NCBI GenBank assembly: GCA_963732355.1
Contig: CAVSZD010000003.1
Location: 9,020 to 73,019, forward strand
Direction of reading: 5' to 3'
DNA: 64,000 nucleotides
DNA from: an uncultured Actinomycetota bacterium
GTDB lineage: Bacteria > Actinomycetota > Actinomycetes > S36-B12 > UBA10799
Position numbers and translations under genes: made by a program. Every line of letters begins with the position of its first letter. The stretch's first letter is position 1. The notes below the pieces were generated by a model. The model searched no databases and was not told the origin of the DNA. It was given only the letters and a program-made list of their open reading frames with translations. Positions 50,273 to 58,107 of the stretch are shown piece by piece.

Positions 50273-51004
50273 CTAGGCCTTCGGTCCGGGAACGCCGCGG
50301 AATCGGTAAGGCTGGGCCGCATGCCCACTCTGGACGAGCCATGCCTGGCCGCCTTGTGTGGAGTCGAGGACCACCCGTGCCGCCTCGACCACGTCAGCCA
50401 CCTGCATGAGCGGCCAGTCTGCGCCGAGCAGCCTTTCGCGGAAGCGGCCCAGGATCGCCGTATCGGTGTAACCCGGACACAGTGCGTTGACGAAGATCTT
50501 TTCGGCGGCCAGCCCCGTGCCTACTGAGCGCACGAAGTTCACCACGGCCGCCTTGTTCGCCGCGTACACGGGATCCTCGGGCACGGGGACCAAACCGGCA
50601 AGGCTGGCCACTGCCAGTACCTTCCCGCCGCCCGATGCGCGCAAGGCCGGCAGAGCGGCGGTCAGTCCGAACACCACTCCGTCAAGGTTCACACCCATCG
50701 CACGCCGGTAACCGGCCTCGTCGAAAGCATCCAGGCTCGGCCCATCGGCGATCCCGGCGTTCAGCACCACGATGTCCAGGCGGCTGTAGGCATCGAGCGC
50801 CGCGGCCACTGCGGCTTCGTTGTCCGCCAACGAGCTGACATCGCAGCGGACAGCCAGACCGCCCATCCCGTCGGCCACCTCGGCCGCCGCTTGCTCGGCG
50901 ATGTCGGCCACGACCACCTGATAGCCCTGGCTGGCGAGCATCCGGGCGATCCCTGCCCCGATGCCGGAGGCAGCGCCGGTCACCAATGCCACGTGCTGCT
51001 TCAT
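50273..51004 (-). CDS. SDR family oxidoreductase
   Basis: VTGAASGIGAGIA, NAG and YAANK motifs. Confidence 0.85.
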   Translation of the reverse strand: MKQHVALVTGAASGIGAGIARMLASQGYQVVVADIAEQAAAEVADGMGGLAVRCDVSSLADNEAAVAAALDAYSRLDIVVLNAGIADGPSLDAFDEAGYRRAMGVNLDGVVFGLTAALPALRASGGGKVLAVASLAGLVPVPEDPVYAANKAAVVNFVRSVGTGLAAEKIFVNALCPGYTDTAILGRFRERLLGADWPLMQVADVVEAARVVLDSTQGGQAWLVQSGHAAQPYRFRGVPGPKA

Positions 51005-51025
51005 GTCTGCGCCCTTCTCATCCGT

Positions 51026-51142
51026 CTAGTTCGCCACTTGCTGGAAGATCCACAGGGCCAAGCCGATGCCGACGAGAATCGCGATCGCCTGGATGACGGC
51101 CATAGCGGTCTTCCAGCTGGTTGTGGACTCCGGTCCGCTCAT
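51026..51142 (-). CDS. 38-aa single-TM micro-protein (not in the ORF track)
   Basis: MSGPESTTSWKTAMAVIQAIAILVGIGLALWIFQQVAN. A GGAGGGG ribosome-binding site precedes it, the ATG overlaps the upstream stop (TGATG), and third codon positions are G/C-rich. Confidence 0.55.
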   Translation of the reverse strand: MSGPESTTSWKTAMAVIQAIAILVGIGLALWIFQQVAN

Positions 51143-51786
51143 CACTGCCCCTCCAGAATCCGTCGTTTGGCCAGGTGGAACTCCTCGTCGCTGAGCGCCC
51201 CCGAGGCGTGCAGGCGGGCGAGCTGCTCGAGGGCATCGGGAAGCGAGTCCAAATCCGCGACGGGGGGCGCCGGCCGGGGGGCCTTTTGTGCGACCGGCTG
51301 TACGGCCTGCGGGCTGGGCACATCAGCCCAGAAGACGGCCTTGGCCGCGGTGCGGTTGGTCAGGGCCAGAAGTGGCAGCCCGCCCATCGCGACGAAGGCA
51401 ACCCCGCAGATGATCCATCCCCACACGACCCCATCGGAGCCGTCCGGGGGATTGAGCCCGTACTCCCAGAAGTTCCAGCCGAGGCTCAGGAACAGGGCCG
51501 ACCAGGCTAGGTAGATCAAGCGCGGTCCCGGCAGTTTGGCCGAGGCCAGGGCGTACATCCCCAGCCCGATCAGGCCGCCCACGATCCCCAGCGGCATGAG
51601 TGCGACAACTCCTTCCGGACAGGGCGTTGCGACAACGTAGGGGCCACCGCTGGCGCACATGCCGCCGATGTCCATGACCGCTCGCATCGTGAGGAAGACC
51701 AGCACGACACCGGTGGTCCCGATGACCAGACCAATGAACATCACTGCGATCCTGCGCAGGGTCACTGAGTCCATGTGCCCAATCAT
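51142..51786 (-). CDS. Membrane protein with a C-terminal SHOCT domain
   Basis: Four to five TM segments, then LEQLARLHASGALSDEEFHLAKRRIL. An ATGA overlap links it to the upstream LLM gene. Confidence 0.7.
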   Translation of the reverse strand: MIGHMDSVTLRRIAVMFIGLVIGTTGVVLVFLTMRAVMDIGGMCASGGPYVVATPCPEGVVALMPLGIVGGLIGLGMYALASAKLPGPRLIYLAWSALFLSLGWNFWEYGLNPPDGSDGVVWGWIICGVAFVAMGGLPLLALTNRTAAKAVFWADVPSPQAVQPVAQKAPRPAPPVADLDSLPDALEQLARLHASGALSDEEFHLAKRRILEGQ

Positions 51787-52673
51787 GCAGGTCGCGGACC
51801 CAGAAGTTGGGCTGCGATCTCATCCAGGATCAGCGGGTCCTCATTGAACACCGGGTCGCCGGGGCGTGGGTCGTGCACCACTACGTCTGTGAAACCGAGG
51901 TCCTCGGCCCATTCCATGAACTCCGAGAAGGCCGCCAGGCTGCTTAGGGGGCGTCGCGGGTCCGTCCCGCTGAGGAAGATCCGGTCCATCCGGCGGGGAT
52001 CGCGGCCCATCTGTTCACACGTCAGGTCGACCAAAGCGACCTGCCGCCGGACTGCTGCGTCCATGCTCTCAGGAGTCGGATCGGCGTTGGCTGGGTCGCC
52101 GAACGTGACCCATGCGTCCGCGTACTGCACGGCTGTGCGGATCGTGCGCGGTCCCGCGGCGGCGACGGCCAGGGGAACCCGGGGTTGCTGGATGCAGCCG
52201 GGGATCATCTGGGCCTCGTGAACGCGGTAGTGGTCGTTCACGCCGCTGAACTGCTGGTTCGAAAGTAATCCGTCGAGCATGCTGACGAAGTCCTCGAGGC
52301 GCTCGGCCCTTTGCCGCGGGCTCAGCGGCTGGTCACCGAACACCGTGGCGTCGAATCCGATGCCACCGGCTCCCACGCCCAGGGTGAGTCTGCCCGCACT
52401 GATGTGGTCGAGGGTCATGGCTTCTTTGGCCAGCGTCACCGGGTGGCGGAAGTTGGGCGAAGTCACCAGCGTGCCCAGCCGAATTGTGCTGGTTGCAGCC
52501 GCGATGCCGGTCAGCCAGGGCAGGGCAGCGTGCCAATCGTGGTCTCGGTAGCGCTGCCACGACAGATGATCGTAGGTCCAGAGGTGATCGAAGCCGAGGG
52601 CTTCCAAGTGCTGGGCCCGGGCGACCGACTGGGCCCACGGGTCGGTGGGCAGAAGCGCTACGCCGATTCGCAT
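51783..52673 (-). CDS. Luciferase-like monooxygenase, probably an F420-dependent oxidoreductase
   Basis: MRIGVALLPTDPW...LGFDHLWTYDHL...LTLGVGAGG pattern of the LLM class. Confidence 0.75.
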   Translation of the reverse strand: MRIGVALLPTDPWAQSVARAQHLEALGFDHLWTYDHLSWQRYRDHDWHAALPWLTGIAAATSTIRLGTLVTSPNFRHPVTLAKEAMTLDHISAGRLTLGVGAGGIGFDATVFGDQPLSPRQRAERLEDFVSMLDGLLSNQQFSGVNDHYRVHEAQMIPGCIQQPRVPLAVAAAGPRTIRTAVQYADAWVTFGDPANADPTPESMDAAVRRQVALVDLTCEQMGRDPRRMDRIFLSGTDPRRPLSSLAAFSEFMEWAEDLGFTDVVVHDPRPGDPVFNEDPLILDEIAAQLLGPRPA

Positions 52674-52696
52674 GTTGCCCAGTCTGGCAGGCGTCC

Positions 52697-53947
52697 TCAG
52701 CCCGGCTCGGCTTCCAGCAGGTCGGCGGTCGTCAAGGTCTTCATCTGTTCGACCGAGACCTCCGCGGTGTCACGCAGGCGCCAGGCATGCTGACGTACGG
52801 CTGCCTCGAAAAGGTTGCGCATCTCGCGGGCGTTGCCGAAGCCCTCCTTCTGCGATGCCTGCCTCACCCAGTCGACCAGCGCCGGATCGTCCGGCTCCGC
52901 GACTTGGTAGTCGTTCTGGGAGGCGATGCGGGTCAAGATGGCCAGCAACTCCTCGGGGGAGTAGTCCGCGAACGTGATGGTGGTGGGGAATCGTGATTGC
53001 AGGCCGGGGTTCGAGTCGAGGAAGTCATGCATCTCATCGGTGTAGCCGGCGACGATCACCACCAGGGAGTCGCGGTTGTCCTCCATTGCTTTGACCAGGG
53101 TGTCGATGGCCTCAAGACCGAACTGGTTGCGGGTCAGCCCGTAGGCCTCGTCGATGAACAGGATCCCCCCGAGGGCTTGCGTGATCTGCTCGGAGGTCTT
53201 GATCGCGGTCTGTCCGACATACCCCGCGATCAGACCCGACGCGTCGGTCTCCACCAGATGGCCCTTCGGCACCACCGCCAGCGCGCGGTAGATGCGCCCG
53301 ACGATCCTGGCGACGGTGGTCTTGCCGGTTCCGGGGTTGCCCAGGAAGACCAGGTGCCGGCTGACGGAGGGGTTCTTCAGCCCGGCCCGCTGGCGCATCT
53401 GGGCTATCCGCAGCAGTTGCACCTGCTGGTTGATCTCACGCTTGGCCGTCTCCAGGCCCACAAGTTGTTCGAGTTCGTCGAGGGCCTCTCCCACGCTCTG
53501 GTCATCCGTAGCCGGTTCCTCCGGGGTTGGCGCCGGCGGTTCCAGTTGGGTGTTGCTGACGGGGGTGAAGCGGGTGATGCTGGCGGCGATCTCACTGGCG
53601 GCCTTGGCAGCGCCAGCGTCGCCGGGTGCGAACTGCACACACGCGATGCGGGTCACCTGAACGAGGAACACGGCGTACGCGGTGCTCTGTTGGGACAGGC
53701 CCGCCGCCACCAGTTTGCGCAACAGCGGCGGCGGTGAACTTCGCCAGCGACTGGCGCCGGCGGCCAAGGCCCTGACCTCTTCCACCGACCAGCCGAGGTA
53801 CGTGCTGTAGGCACCCAGAGGCTCGGTGGCGCGATCGGCTCGCGCGAGAATCGCTGCGGCCGCCTGGAAGGCTTCGCGGGAAGCGGTCTTGGCGTCGTCG
53901 AACATCGGCGTGGCGTTGCTGATGTACGCCTTCAGGTCCTCGTTCAA
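52697..53947 (-). CDS. AAA+ ATPase, CbbX/SpoVK/EccA-like, with a ~170-aa uncharacterised N-terminal domain
   Basis: LVFLGNPGTGKTTVARIVG Walker A, ILFIDEAY Walker B, and GYTDEM...NPGLQSRF. TTG start. Confidence 0.8.
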   Translation of the reverse strand: MNEDLKAYISNATPMFDDAKTASREAFQAAAAILARADRATEPLGAYSTYLGWSVEEVRALAAGASRWRSSPPPLLRKLVAAGLSQQSTAYAVFLVQVTRIACVQFAPGDAGAAKAASEIAASITRFTPVSNTQLEPPAPTPEEPATDDQSVGEALDELEQLVGLETAKREINQQVQLLRIAQMRQRAGLKNPSVSRHLVFLGNPGTGKTTVARIVGRIYRALAVVPKGHLVETDASGLIAGYVGQTAIKTSEQITQALGGILFIDEAYGLTRNQFGLEAIDTLVKAMEDNRDSLVVIVAGYTDEMHDFLDSNPGLQSRFPTTITFADYSPEELLAILTRIASQNDYQVAEPDDPALVDWVRQASQKEGFGNAREMRNLFEAAVRQHAWRLRDTAEVSVEQMKTLTTADLLEAEPG

Positions 53948-54016
53948 CCTGCCTCCTTGGGCCGACTCCTGTGCAGCCTAATGCGCCGTGGTGGACACAC
54001 CAGTGGTGCCCGTCGT

Positions 54017-54045
54017 TTCGCAAATATGACCCAATGGGGTACATT
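54017..54045 (+). promoter_or_regulatory. Candidate promoter for the 33-aa ORF
   Basis: TTCGCA (54017-54022), a 17-nt spacer, then TACATT (54040-54045), in the only AT-rich patch of this spacer. Confidence 0.4.
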
Positions 54046-54107
54046 AGGTGAACACAAGGTGAACAAGAACCACACAACAGGGTTCGCTGTCCCGAGGAGG
54101 TTCACAC

Positions 54108-54209
54108 ATGAAGAAGATCCGTTCCTACGTCGCGCCACTGCTTTTCATCGATTGCGTGCCGCGCATCTACTGGGCTGAGGTCGTTGGAGACCGCCCCGGA
54201 CGTCGCTGA
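54108..54209 (+). CDS. 33-aa small ORF (micro-protein or leader peptide; not in the ORF track)
   Basis: MKKIRSYVAPLLFIDCVPRIYWAEVVGDRPGRR. A GAGGAGG ribosome-binding site lies 7 nt upstream, 24 of 32 third positions are G/C, and an intrinsic terminator follows. Confidence 0.5.
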   Translation: MKKIRSYVAPLLFIDCVPRIYWAEVVGDRPGRR

Positions 54210-54237
54210 CACGGCGGACTTCCCCCGTCCATGAAGA

Positions 54238-54277
54238 GGGAGGGGTAGACCTGAGAGGGTCTGCCCCTCCCTTTTCT
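54238..54277 (+). terminator. Intrinsic terminator between the small ORF and the lipase gene
   Basis: GGGAGGGGTAGACC, loop TGAGAG, GGTCTGCCCCTCCC, then TTTTCT. The 14-bp stem has one G-U pair. Confidence 0.7.
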
Positions 54278-54325
54278 GTGGGGCGGTGGCCGCGGTGCGC
54301 AGCACAAAGGGGAAGAATGGGCCGA

Positions 54326-55156
54326 ATGGAACACTCCGAGAGCACGCACACTGCCCAGGATGGGGCCCAGATCTACCGCCAGACATGGTTGCCGGACGGC
54401 CCACCGGTCGCCGTCGTCTGCCTGGTCCACGGTCTCGGGGAGCACTCCGGGCGATACGCACACCTGGCCGAGCGTTTCACTGACGCCGGGTATGCGGTGC
54501 TGGCCCTCGACCAGCGCGGTCACGGCAAGTCCAGTGGTGGGCGCGGGGACCTTCCGATGGACAAGGCAGTTGCCGATGTCGGCGAGCTGGTGGAGGACGC
54601 CCGCGGGCAGTTCCCCGGTGTTCCACTTGTGATCTACGGCCACAGTCTTGGCGGACTGGTCACGATGACCTACACGGCCAAGTTCAAGCCGTCGATCACC
54701 GCACAGGTCGCCTCGGCGCCCGCATTGGACTCCGAACTGCGCGACCAGAAGATCAAGTTCACGCTGGCCCAGATCCTCGGCGGGATCATCCCCGGCGTGG
54801 CGATCCCGACTGGTCTGGATCCTGAGGGTGTCAGCCGCGATCCTGAGGTGGTTGCCGCTTACAAGGCGGACCCACTGGTGCACGACAAGGGTTCCCTGGG
54901 TCTGGCCAAGTCCACTTTCGCCGCGATGGACGCCGTCATGGAGCTGACCGAGTTCCCCGTCCCGCTGCTGATCATCCACGGCACCGGTGACCGTCTGACT
55001 GTTCCTTCGGCGAGCAAGAAGCTGGTTGGTCACATGACCGGCGATGTGACGCTGATCGAGTACGACGGCATGTACCACGAGCCCCACAACGAACCCGAGC
55101 AGGAAGAGGTCTTCGCCGACGTCCTGGAGTGGTTGACCCCGCGCGTGCAGGGCTGA
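54326..55156 (+). CDS. Monoacylglycerol lipase / lysophospholipase (alpha/beta hydrolase)
   Basis: HGLGEHSGRY and GHSLGG motifs. The ATG is at 54326 (MEHSESTH). Confidence 0.8.
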   Translation: MEHSESTHTAQDGAQIYRQTWLPDGPPVAVVCLVHGLGEHSGRYAHLAERFTDAGYAVLALDQRGHGKSSGGRGDLPMDKAVADVGELVEDARGQFPGVPLVIYGHSLGGLVTMTYTAKFKPSITAQVASAPALDSELRDQKIKFTLAQILGGIIPGVAIPTGLDPEGVSRDPEVVAAYKADPLVHDKGSLGLAKSTFAAMDAVMELTEFPVPLLIIHGTGDRLTVPSASKKLVGHMTGDVTLIEYDGMYHEPHNEPEQEEVFADVLEWLTPRVQG

Positions 55157-55227
55157 CCCCCGGTTCGACCCTTCGTGGTTGGCCTTTCGCGGATATCGTC
55201 GAAGGGTCACTGGATGCGGAGGTTCGG

Positions 55228-56061
55228 ATGAAGTCGGTAGAGGGCAAAACTGTTCTGATCACTGGTGCGGCGATGGGGCTGGGCAAGCTCTTCGCGGCGC
55301 GAGCCGTTGAGGACGGTGCCGCGAGCGTCGTGCTCTGGGACGTCAACGAGGACGCGCTCAACGAGACTCTTGAGGAACTGGCCGCGGCCGGTGGCACAGT
55401 CCACGGTTACATCGTGGATGTCTCCTCGTCTGACGCGATTGACGAGGCTGCCGCTCGCGTCCTGGAGGAAGTGGGCACCGTCGAGATCCTCGTCAACAAC
55501 GCCGGCATCGTGCGCGGGAAGTCGTACTTCTGGGAGATCAACGACCCGGCGGCCATCAAGCTGACCATGGCGGTCAACTCGCTGGCCCCGATGCTCATCA
55601 CGGCCGCGTTCCTGCCGGCGATGATCGCTTCGGGCACGGACTGCCGGATCATGAACATCGCCTCATCGGCAGGCTTGGTGTCGAACCCGCGGATGGCCGT
55701 GTACGCCGCTTCGAAGTGGGCCGCTGTCGGGTGGTCGGACTCGGTACGGCTCGAACTTGAACAGGCAGGTCATTCGAACATCACCGTCACAACAGTGTGC
55801 CCCACCTACATCAACACTGGGATGTTCGACGGGGCCAAAGGGATCCTGCTCACCCCCATGCTCGAGCAGGAAGAGGTCGTGGATGGATCCTGGCGGGAGA
55901 TGCTCAAGGGCGGACCGTTCCTGCTGATCCCGTGGACGGCCAAGCTGAACAAGATCATCAGCGGTGTTCTGCCAGTCGGAATCCGTGACTTCGTGCTGGA
56001 CAAGGTGGGCGTCTACCACTCCATGGACGAGTTCACCGGTCACACCGACGACCTCAAGTAG
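55228..56061 (+). CDS. SDR family oxidoreductase
   Basis: ITGAAMGLGK, NNAG and YAASK motifs. The ATG is at 55228. Confidence 0.85.
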   Translation: MKSVEGKTVLITGAAMGLGKLFAARAVEDGAASVVLWDVNEDALNETLEELAAAGGTVHGYIVDVSSSDAIDEAAARVLEEVGTVEILVNNAGIVRGKSYFWEINDPAAIKLTMAVNSLAPMLITAAFLPAMIASGTDCRIMNIASSAGLVSNPRMAVYAASKWAAVGWSDSVRLELEQAGHSNITVTTVCPTYINTGMFDGAKGILLTPMLEQEEVVDGSWREMLKGGPFLLIPWTAKLNKIISGVLPVGIRDFVLDKVGVYHSMDEFTGHTDDLK

Positions 56062-56067
56062 CCAGAT

Positions 56068-56541
56068 ATGGGCGTCGAGATCGAACGCAAGTTCCTGGTG
56101 GTGGGCGACTCGTGGCGCGACCGCGTCCAACGGGCCACTCACATCATGCAGGGGTACCTGTCCGACGGGCAGAAGGCCACGGTGCGGGTGCGGGTGAAGG
56201 GCGACACGGGCTACGTCACGATCAAAGGCCACACTTCCGGGGTGTCCCGCAGCGAGTTCGAATACGAGATCCCCGCCGACGACGCCCGGGCGATGCTGGC
56301 CGAACTGGCCACCGGGCCGATCATCGACAAGGTCCGCCACCTCATCGATGTGGGTGGGCACACCTGGGAACTCGACGTCTTCGCTGGCGACAACGAGGGT
56401 CTGGTCATGGCCGAGATCGAACTGGCCTCCGAGGCTGAAGACTTCGAGCTTCCCGACTGGGCTGGCCAGGAGGTCTCAGATGACTCCCGGTATTACAACG
56501 TGAACCTCGCGAGCTCGCCGTACGGCAGTTGGGAGCGCTGA
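56068..56541 (+). CDS. CYTH domain protein (triphosphate tunnel metalloenzyme)
   Basis: The EIERKFLV (ExExK) start, then VRVRV, EFEYEI, WELDVF and MAEIEL strands of alternating charge. Confidence 0.8.
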   Translation: MGVEIERKFLVVGDSWRDRVQRATHIMQGYLSDGQKATVRVRVKGDTGYVTIKGHTSGVSRSEFEYEIPADDARAMLAELATGPIIDKVRHLIDVGGHTWELDVFAGDNEGLVMAEIELASEAEDFELPDWAGQEVSDDSRYYNVNLASSPYGSWER

Positions 56542-56545
56542 GCAG

Positions 56546-57166
56546 GTGCGCACTGTGAAGCCTGTCGCTGTCGCGGTGGTGCTGTCCGCTTCTGGGATAG
56601 TGCCCGCTGCGGCGCTGCCCATGGAGTTGCCCCCACGGTCGATCACTCATCAGAACTCGCAGTACTGGAGTTGGGCGGGCCCGCGCAATTGGGTGTCCGC
56701 GGACGGTGCCTACGGGATTCTCATCACCTCGGGCAACGGGCTACTGACGCTGGACTACGGTTTCAGCTCCATCGTGTGCGCCAGCGGCGCCACGGTGCAG
56801 GAATCGGTGACGAACTATTTCGCCGGCCAGCGGGCGAGTCTGCGACAGTCGCTGCGGTCGAACTGGCGGCGCCCGGCCATTGACTCCTCACGGATCCGGC
56901 AACTGCCCGAGTCGGCCTACGGCCCGCTGTATTTCCGGCAGTCGTTCACGGTCAGTGGCCGCGCCCAGGGTCGTGGGTTCGGTGGCGAGGTGGTTCTCGA
57001 CTACTCGCTGGCCAGCGGTCCCACCTATTGCTATTCACGCAACCAGTCGCGCACGGCCCCGGCGCAGGGCCTGCGCACATCGATCCGGCAATTGCGCTCT
57101 GTGCAGGGTTCGATCGCCTACTTCGGACCCGGCGTGCCAGGCGGCGCGCCTGGTACCGAGGACTGA
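56546..57166 (+). CDS. Secreted hypothetical protein
   Basis: A GTG start 4 nt after the CYTH stop, and the signal peptide VKPVAVAVVLSASGIVPAAA. I recognise no family. Confidence 0.6.
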   Translation: MRTVKPVAVAVVLSASGIVPAAALPMELPPRSITHQNSQYWSWAGPRNWVSADGAYGILITSGNGLLTLDYGFSSIVCASGATVQESVTNYFAGQRASLRQSLRSNWRRPAIDSSRIRQLPESAYGPLYFRQSFTVSGRAQGRGFGGEVVLDYSLASGPTYCYSRNQSRTAPAQGLRTSIRQLRSVQGSIAYFGPGVPGGAPGTED

Positions 57167-57182
57167 GAGGAACACCGCAAAC

Positions 57183-57995
57183 ATGGCCAAACGCAAGAAC
57201 GTCACGTCGCGGGAGTACAAAGTCATGCTCTTGGCGTCGCGCTTCGATGGCGATGAGACCACCCTCAACTCCACCATCGATGTCTTCTGGAAGGAGTTCG
57301 GTGAGGCGCTCGAGGCTTTGCAGATCCCGGTCGAGGGTTCCTTCAACCAGGTCAAGGCGCGCAGGCTGATCCGCTTCTTCGACACCGACGCCCATCAGCT
57401 GAACGCCGACCAGTACATCGTGCGCGAACGCGAGGATGTCGCCACCGGCGAGCGCGAAGTGACGCTCAAGTTCCGCCACGCCGACCGGTACGTGGCAGCC
57501 GACCGTCAGATGCAGCCCGCCGAGGAGAGCGGGTCCAAGACGAAGTTTGAGGAAGACGTCAAGCCGCCGTTCGTCAGCGTCTACAGTTTCTCCACGACCC
57601 AGCCGCTGGAGTCAGGCAAGGTCATCGAGCGGCTGCGCGACGTTGCCGAGATGTTCCCCGGGCTCCCGGAGGACCTCGATGACCTGCCCGGCGATGCCCC
57701 GCTGGTCCTGGTGTCCGACTTCGTCGGCCGGGAAATCGTCCTGGAAGGGGCAAGTGTTCTGCTTGGCAAGCATGACGTCGGCAGCGAGTGTGCCATCGTC
57801 GCCTGGTATGACGAGGGGGAGCAGGACACGACACCGGTGGTCGTGGAGTTCAGTTTCAAGTACGGCGACGACCTCGAGGACTACCGCGGATCTATCGCCC
57901 GGGACGCCTACACGGTGCTGGACTTGCTGCAGAACACCATGACGGAGTGGGTCGATCCGAACCCAGTCACCAAGACCGCGTTCGTCTACCAGTAA
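57183..57995 (+). CDS. Hypothetical protein, possibly a divergent CYTH-like fold
   Basis: ATG at 57183 after GAGGA. Strands REYKVML, EVTLKFR, KFEEDV and VVEFSFKY show a TTM-like charge alternation. The ORF-track start at 56880 is an extension. Confidence 0.5.
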   Translation: MAKRKNVTSREYKVMLLASRFDGDETTLNSTIDVFWKEFGEALEALQIPVEGSFNQVKARRLIRFFDTDAHQLNADQYIVREREDVATGEREVTLKFRHADRYVAADRQMQPAEESGSKTKFEEDVKPPFVSVYSFSTTQPLESGKVIERLRDVAEMFPGLPEDLDDLPGDAPLVLVSDFVGREIVLEGASVLLGKHDVGSECAIVAWYDEGEQDTTPVVVEFSFKYGDDLEDYRGSIARDAYTVLDLLQNTMTEWVDPNPVTKTAFVYQ

Positions 57996-58107
57996 CCCCC
58001 ATTTCGGCTCCGGGTCGACATCCGGTTCATCCATTTCCGCCCAGCCGGTAGTGCGGCAACCACGTCGCGATCGGCACCAGTCCTGCGTGCCGCGTGGAGG
58101 ACATAGC

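Noticed and set aside
43362-53947. Calling the SNF2/SWIM pair, the AAA+ ATPase or the HNH gene an anti-phage defence system.
   Set aside because: No partner genes typical of known defence systems are adjacent. The SNF2/SWIM pair is a conserved chromosomal locus in actinobacteria. Without searches I cannot support a defence call.
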